From: Escherichia phage bumzen
Strand: one strand, 5' to 3'
Sequence record: MN850635.1
DNA: 64,000 bases
Of the stretch, positions 61,251-64,000 are shown piece by piece. The notes beneath the pieces were generated by a model that saw only the letters and a list, made by a program, of their open reading frames with translations, searched no databases and was not told the origin of the DNA. A program made the translations under genes and the position numbers. How positions within the stretch are numbered: position 1 is the stretch's first letter; each line of letters begins with the position of its first letter.

Positions 61251-62134
61251 TATGCCTCCCCTGCTGGATTAACTGTAACTGTTGCTGCATTAGATGTTAC
61301 AGAGCCACCTGCGCCAGTAACTACACAGGTGTAGCTTCCTGAATCAGCAGCGGTTGCTCCTTCTTTGGTGTAGGTTGCAGTAGTTGCATCGAGGATGTCT
61401 TCCTCATCTTTCTTCCACTGATAACCTGTTGCACCTGTTGCCACAACATTCAACGTTAAGGTCTCACCTTCATTGATTTCTTGATTGGTTGGCTGTTGAG
61501 TGATGACAGGAAGTGCATTCACAGTCACTGTTGCTGCATCTGAGGTAACACTTGTTCCACCCTCTCCAGATACAACACAAGTGTATGAACCAGCATCAGA
61601 AGGTGCTACTGACTGTTTTGTGTAAGTTGCAGAATTGGCACTAGGGATGTCCTCACCATCCTTCTTCCACTGATATCCAGTGGCGTTAGTTGCTAGAATG
61701 CTTAGAGTAAGTGTGCCACCCTCATTGACTGTTTGACCTGTCGGTTGCTGAGTAATTGCTGGTGGCTTAATAGCATCCTTCAACTTAGCATTCAACATTG
61801 AGAACGGCTTAACTCTTGCCAACCATTCACAGTAAATTGTGTCAACATCTTTACCATTGATGATTGCATACTGCAAATCCATGAAGAAATCAGCAGTTCT
61901 CATCTGTGCACCAACACTGTAAAGCAATTCATCACTAAATGGAACTTTGTAGTCTGGTTTGTAGTCAAACTTCTCAACTTCTGCAATATCAGCTTCAGGC
62001 CAATATGAACTATAGGTAAGTGGTAAAATAGCCTCTTGATATGTTCTAAAATCATACCTCTTACCAGCCTTTACATTTGCAATGAAACCCTTCACAAACT
62101 CTTTGAAGTCTGGGTAAGTCTTTGCTTTAATCAT
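61250..62134 (-). CDS. protein with N-terminal conserved domain and two tandem Ig-like domains
   Basis: Two repeats TGYQWKKD(G/E)EDI...ATYTK...D(A/S)GSYTCVV...ATVTVN; stop overlaps endolysin start (TAATG). Confidence 0.65.
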   Translation of the reverse strand: MIKAKTYPDFKEFVKGFIANVKAGKRYDFRTYQEAILPLTYSSYWPEADIAEVEKFDYKPDYKVPFSDELLYSVGAQMRTADFFMDLQYAIINGKDVDTIYCEWLARVKPFSMLNAKLKDAIKPPAITQQPTGQTVNEGGTLTLSILATNATGYQWKKDGEDIPSANSATYTKQSVAPSDAGSYTCVVSGEGGTSVTSDAATVTVNALPVITQQPTNQEINEGETLTLNVVATGATGYQWKKDEEDILDATTATYTKEGATAADSGSYTCVVTGAGGSVTSNAATVTVNPAGEA

Positions 62135-62502
62135 TTCTTTTTAGCCTCTAAATGTGCGTTTAGTCTAAAATAACCTTTGTGATGCGGAGATACATCACCA
62201 ACAACAATACCTTTAACCTTATAGCCTTTACCAATTACATACTGGATATCCATAAGGAATCTTCCAAGTCCAACAATATGGAACATTGGATATAATAGGT
62301 TCTCAGAATCTGGAATATTGATTTCAGGTTTGTAGGTACGCTGTTCGATTGTTGGTGTAATATCTTCTTCAGGCCATTTGCTGAGTCTCCATGTCAAAGG
62401 TGTTGGGATAACATCATTAAGGTTGTACCTTTCACCATTTTGCACGGAATTGATATAGGATTGTAGGAAGCAATAAAAGTCTTTTGCACTCTTAGCTTTC
62501 AT
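62131..62502 (-). CDS. paralog of the N-terminal domain of the Ig-like protein
   Basis: 123 aa alignable with residues 1-120 of 61250-62134; ATGA overlap. Confidence 0.5.
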   Translation of the reverse strand: MKAKSAKDFYCFLQSYINSVQNGERYNLNDVIPTPLTWRLSKWPEEDITPTIEQRTYKPEINIPDSENLLYPMFHIVGLGRFLMDIQYVIGKGYKVKGIVVGDVSPHHKGYFRLNAHLEAKKK

Positions 62503-62549
62503 TAAATATCCTTATAAATAGTTAAAGGGGCATCAGCCCCTATTCACAC

Positions 62550-63140
62550 TTAAGCTTTGGTCTTAAGTAGGTTCTTAAGTTTTTTAAGATTCATACTCTC
62601 ATCAAACTTAAAACCAAATCCATTGACATAATCAATGAACTCGGATTTCTTACTAAGTGACAATGCGTAACTCATATCAAAGTTCTTACTTGTTTCTGCG
62701 TCTGGACTAGAGTTCACATCAAATGAAATTTCTGTAGGCTCTTGCTTACTTTTTCTCATATTATCAACCAACAAACATGTATAGTTTGCTGGATAGAAGT
62801 TTACACTACCATCAACGTAGCTGTACTTATTATTATGGATAAGGTTGGAAAATACCTTAAGGAATGTTTCTGAGTCGTGGCAAACAAGTTTGAATTGGCT
62901 GCTCTCTCCAAGCGCAACTAATGAGTACGGACTTTCACTATCAAAGTCATAATTTAGATTCGATGCCGTCACTGTTACACGCATCAAGTTATTAGCAATA
63001 GTCTTCTGTTTAAAAGAATTTTGAACATAGTGAAGACCTCTATCACACTGATTGACTAGCTCTTTAAGCAGGTCATTTGCATATGGTGAATTAATTGATA
63101 CAGAGCCATCACTATTGTAATTAAAACTTACTGTTAACAT
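62550..63140 (-). CDS. hypothetical protein
   Basis: 196 aa ORF. Confidence 0.5.
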   Translation of the reverse strand: MLTVSFNYNSDGSVSINSPYANDLLKELVNQCDRGLHYVQNSFKQKTIANNLMRVTVTASNLNYDFDSESPYSLVALGESSQFKLVCHDSETFLKVFSNLIHNNKYSYVDGSVNFYPANYTCLLVDNMRKSKQEPTEISFDVNSSPDAETSKNFDMSYALSLSKKSEFIDYVNGFGFKFDESMNLKKLKNLLKTKA

Positions 63141-63367
63141 TTTTCAGTTCTCCTGCGATTTATAATTTTGCTGCAATAGAGAAACGAAGTAAACTCACTG
63201 GAAGAAACTACTAAGTGTTGTTCACTAGATTGAGCCATTGCCCTGAAATACATTCCAGTCAAAGCATCATAGTGACTATTCTTTCCAATTGAGGTTATAT
63301 AGCCATGACTCTTTGCAGTTTGATATAAATCTATAATATCTGCGATTTCTAATTGGGAACTACACAT
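63134..63367 (-). CDS. hypothetical protein
   Basis: 77 aa ORF. Confidence 0.4.
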   Translation of the reverse strand: MCSSQLEIADIIDLYQTAKSHGYITSIGKNSHYDALTGMYFRAMAQSSEQHLVVSSSEFTSFLYCSKIINRRRTEKC

Positions 63368-63531
63368 AGATAATCCTCTTGTCTTCTGTAATTTTGAAAG
63401 AACAGGTACAGACCAATTTCAGAGGATGAATAGTAGAGTAACTCTACCCTTTTTGATTCCTTACAGTGATTGGTATTTTTACCTTTCTTCGGGTTGTTTG
63501 ATTTTCTCATTAAGTCTCCTTTGTAGAACAA
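63349..63531 (-). CDS. hypothetical small basic protein
   Basis: 60 aa ORF, first gene of minus-strand block. Confidence 0.3.
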   Translation of the reverse strand: MFYKGDLMRKSNNPKKGKNTNHCKESKRVELLYYSSSEIGLYLFFQNYRRQEDYLCVVPN

Positions 63532-63758
63532 GGCAGACCTACAGCTTTAAGTAAGATGGTACAGTAATCCATACAACAAGTCAAGAACTATTGCAAGTTA
63601 AAAAAGTTGTTGACAAAGTACTTGACAAGGTGTAGGCTTATAAATACTTAGAAGATAACTTAAAAGGTTCCTCTAAAAAGGCTATTTAAACAGATATCTT
63701 TCTGGATATCTATCTTTTATCTTAAAAGCCTTTTAAGAGGTCTTATAAGAGGCATACC

Positions 63759-64000
63759 AATGAAAAACAGAACAAACAAAGGCCAGTTTAAAAAAGGCCA
63801 GTCTGGAAACCCATCTGGAAGACCAAAAGGCTCTCGTAACAAAAGCTCACTCGTAAAAGCTCAACTGACCATTGATAATTCTGCTGAGTTTGCTGCAAAG
63901 TTGTTTGAGGCGATTGTTACAAGGGACGCTGCTAAGCTTGCAGAGTTCGGGTTAAACACAGATGATGTAACCATCAAGAGTATGATTGAGGTCGGTAAAA
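63759..64000 (+). CDS. 3'-truncated CDS, basic N-terminus with GNPSGRPKG motif (possible DNA-binding/packaging protein)
   Basis: ATG 63759, open to window end; MKNRTNKGQFKKGQSGNPSGRPKGSRNK. Confidence 0.4.

Overview
This window reads as a contiguous piece of a large, virulent, AT-rich dsDNA phage genome (no integrase, transposase, rRNA, tRNA or CRISPR seen). Gene blocks alternate in strand: (1) 1-7585 (+) end of a contractile-tail baseplate module and two paralogous tail fibers with His-x-His repeats; (2) 7623-18880 (-) thymidylate synthase, DHFR, small unknowns, ATP-dependent DNA ligase, an HNH endonuclease and a family-A DNA polymerase; (3) 19108-49121 (+) dNMP kinase, T7 gp4-like primase-helicase, SSB, 5'-3' exonuclease, HNH and GIY-YIG endonucleases, aerobic (NrdAB plus glutaredoxin) and anaerobic (NrdDG) ribonucleotide reductases, an adjacent Prs-like/NAMPT-like pair (NARP1-type NAD+ reconstitution candidate), rIIA/rIIB, a secreted SLT-like protein, a spanin-like pair and a macro-domain-like protein; (4) 49551-55420 (+) about 13 small unknown genes, nearly every one with its own sigma70-like promoter and conserved 5' leader; (5) 55421-56971 a 1.55 kb ORF-free region packed with short direct repeats between convergent terminators; (6) 57013-63531 (-) an operon including a GH24 endolysin and Ig-like-domain proteins. 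The best candidates for undescribed biology are the monocistronic small-gene array, the repeat-rich non-coding regions and the NAD/ADP-ribose-related genes. All functional calls come from motif recognition by eye; no database search was run.
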